From: Squalus acanthias
Taxonomy: Eukaryota
Assembly: GCA_030390025.1 (NCBI GenBank)
Contig: CM059425.1
Location: 162,752,001 to 162,816,000 of the forward strand
Direction of reading: 5' to 3'
DNA: 64,000 bases
Positions 63,743-64,000 of the stretch are shown one piece after another; positions within the stretch are counted from its first letter, which is position 1, and every line of letters starts with the position of its first letter. The notes beneath the pieces are model-generated. The model searched no databases, was not told where the DNA came from, and was given only the letters and a program-made list of their open reading frames with translations. The position numbers and the translations under genes are program-made.

Positions 63743-64000
63743 GGGCTAAAAATTGGATAAGCCAGAACACGGGCGTTGCCATGGCCTAACGATGTTAAGC
63801 TGCGCCGGGTCAAACTGGTCTCGGTAGCAAAATCATGTTCAGTCCTCACTAACATGATCTCAGTGCTAAAACAGCTGCTCATTGGCTTACTGCTCAACAG
63901 GTGGGCCAATATCGGGTCCAGTCTAATTCCCAGTCATGTGTGGCACAGCTTTTATTCAGTACTTAAAGGAGACGTGCATTAATGCTACAGCACCTCATTG

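Noticed and set aside
1..64000. CRISPR array, rRNA or prokaryotic operons
   Set aside because: No repeat-spacer array or rRNA-like sequence was seen. The content is spliceosomal-intron and vertebrate transposon DNA.

Overview
Eukaryotic, repeat-dense vertebrate DNA. The transposon repertoire looks like a shark or other cartilaginous fish (inference). One host coding exon is recognisable: a 115-bp minus-strand exon of MCTP1 (6189-6303, start of the first C2 domain). Nearly everything else is therefore probably MCTP1 intron filled with nested mobile elements. The main find is a near-complete endogenous retrovirus-like provirus (43662-51536). It has paired LTRs, a 4-bp TSD, a perfect tRNA-Pro PBS, gag-pro-RT-tether-RNase H-integrase, and a splice-acceptor-preceded 79-aa transmembrane env remnant. 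Its architecture resembles the lokiretrovirus lineage, and it sits inside a Harbinger transposon. Other content: two full-length Harbinger elements (one with an intact transposase ORF); Penelope-like fragments carrying minimal hammerhead ribozyme motifs; a LINE family with a tRNA-derived Pol III head and no ORF1; an RTE LINE with a twin-priming-type 5' inversion; many CR1, L2 and Tx1 fragments; several MITE families; a solo LTR; and a DeuSINE-like SINE. All calls come from motif recognition by eye; no database searches were run.
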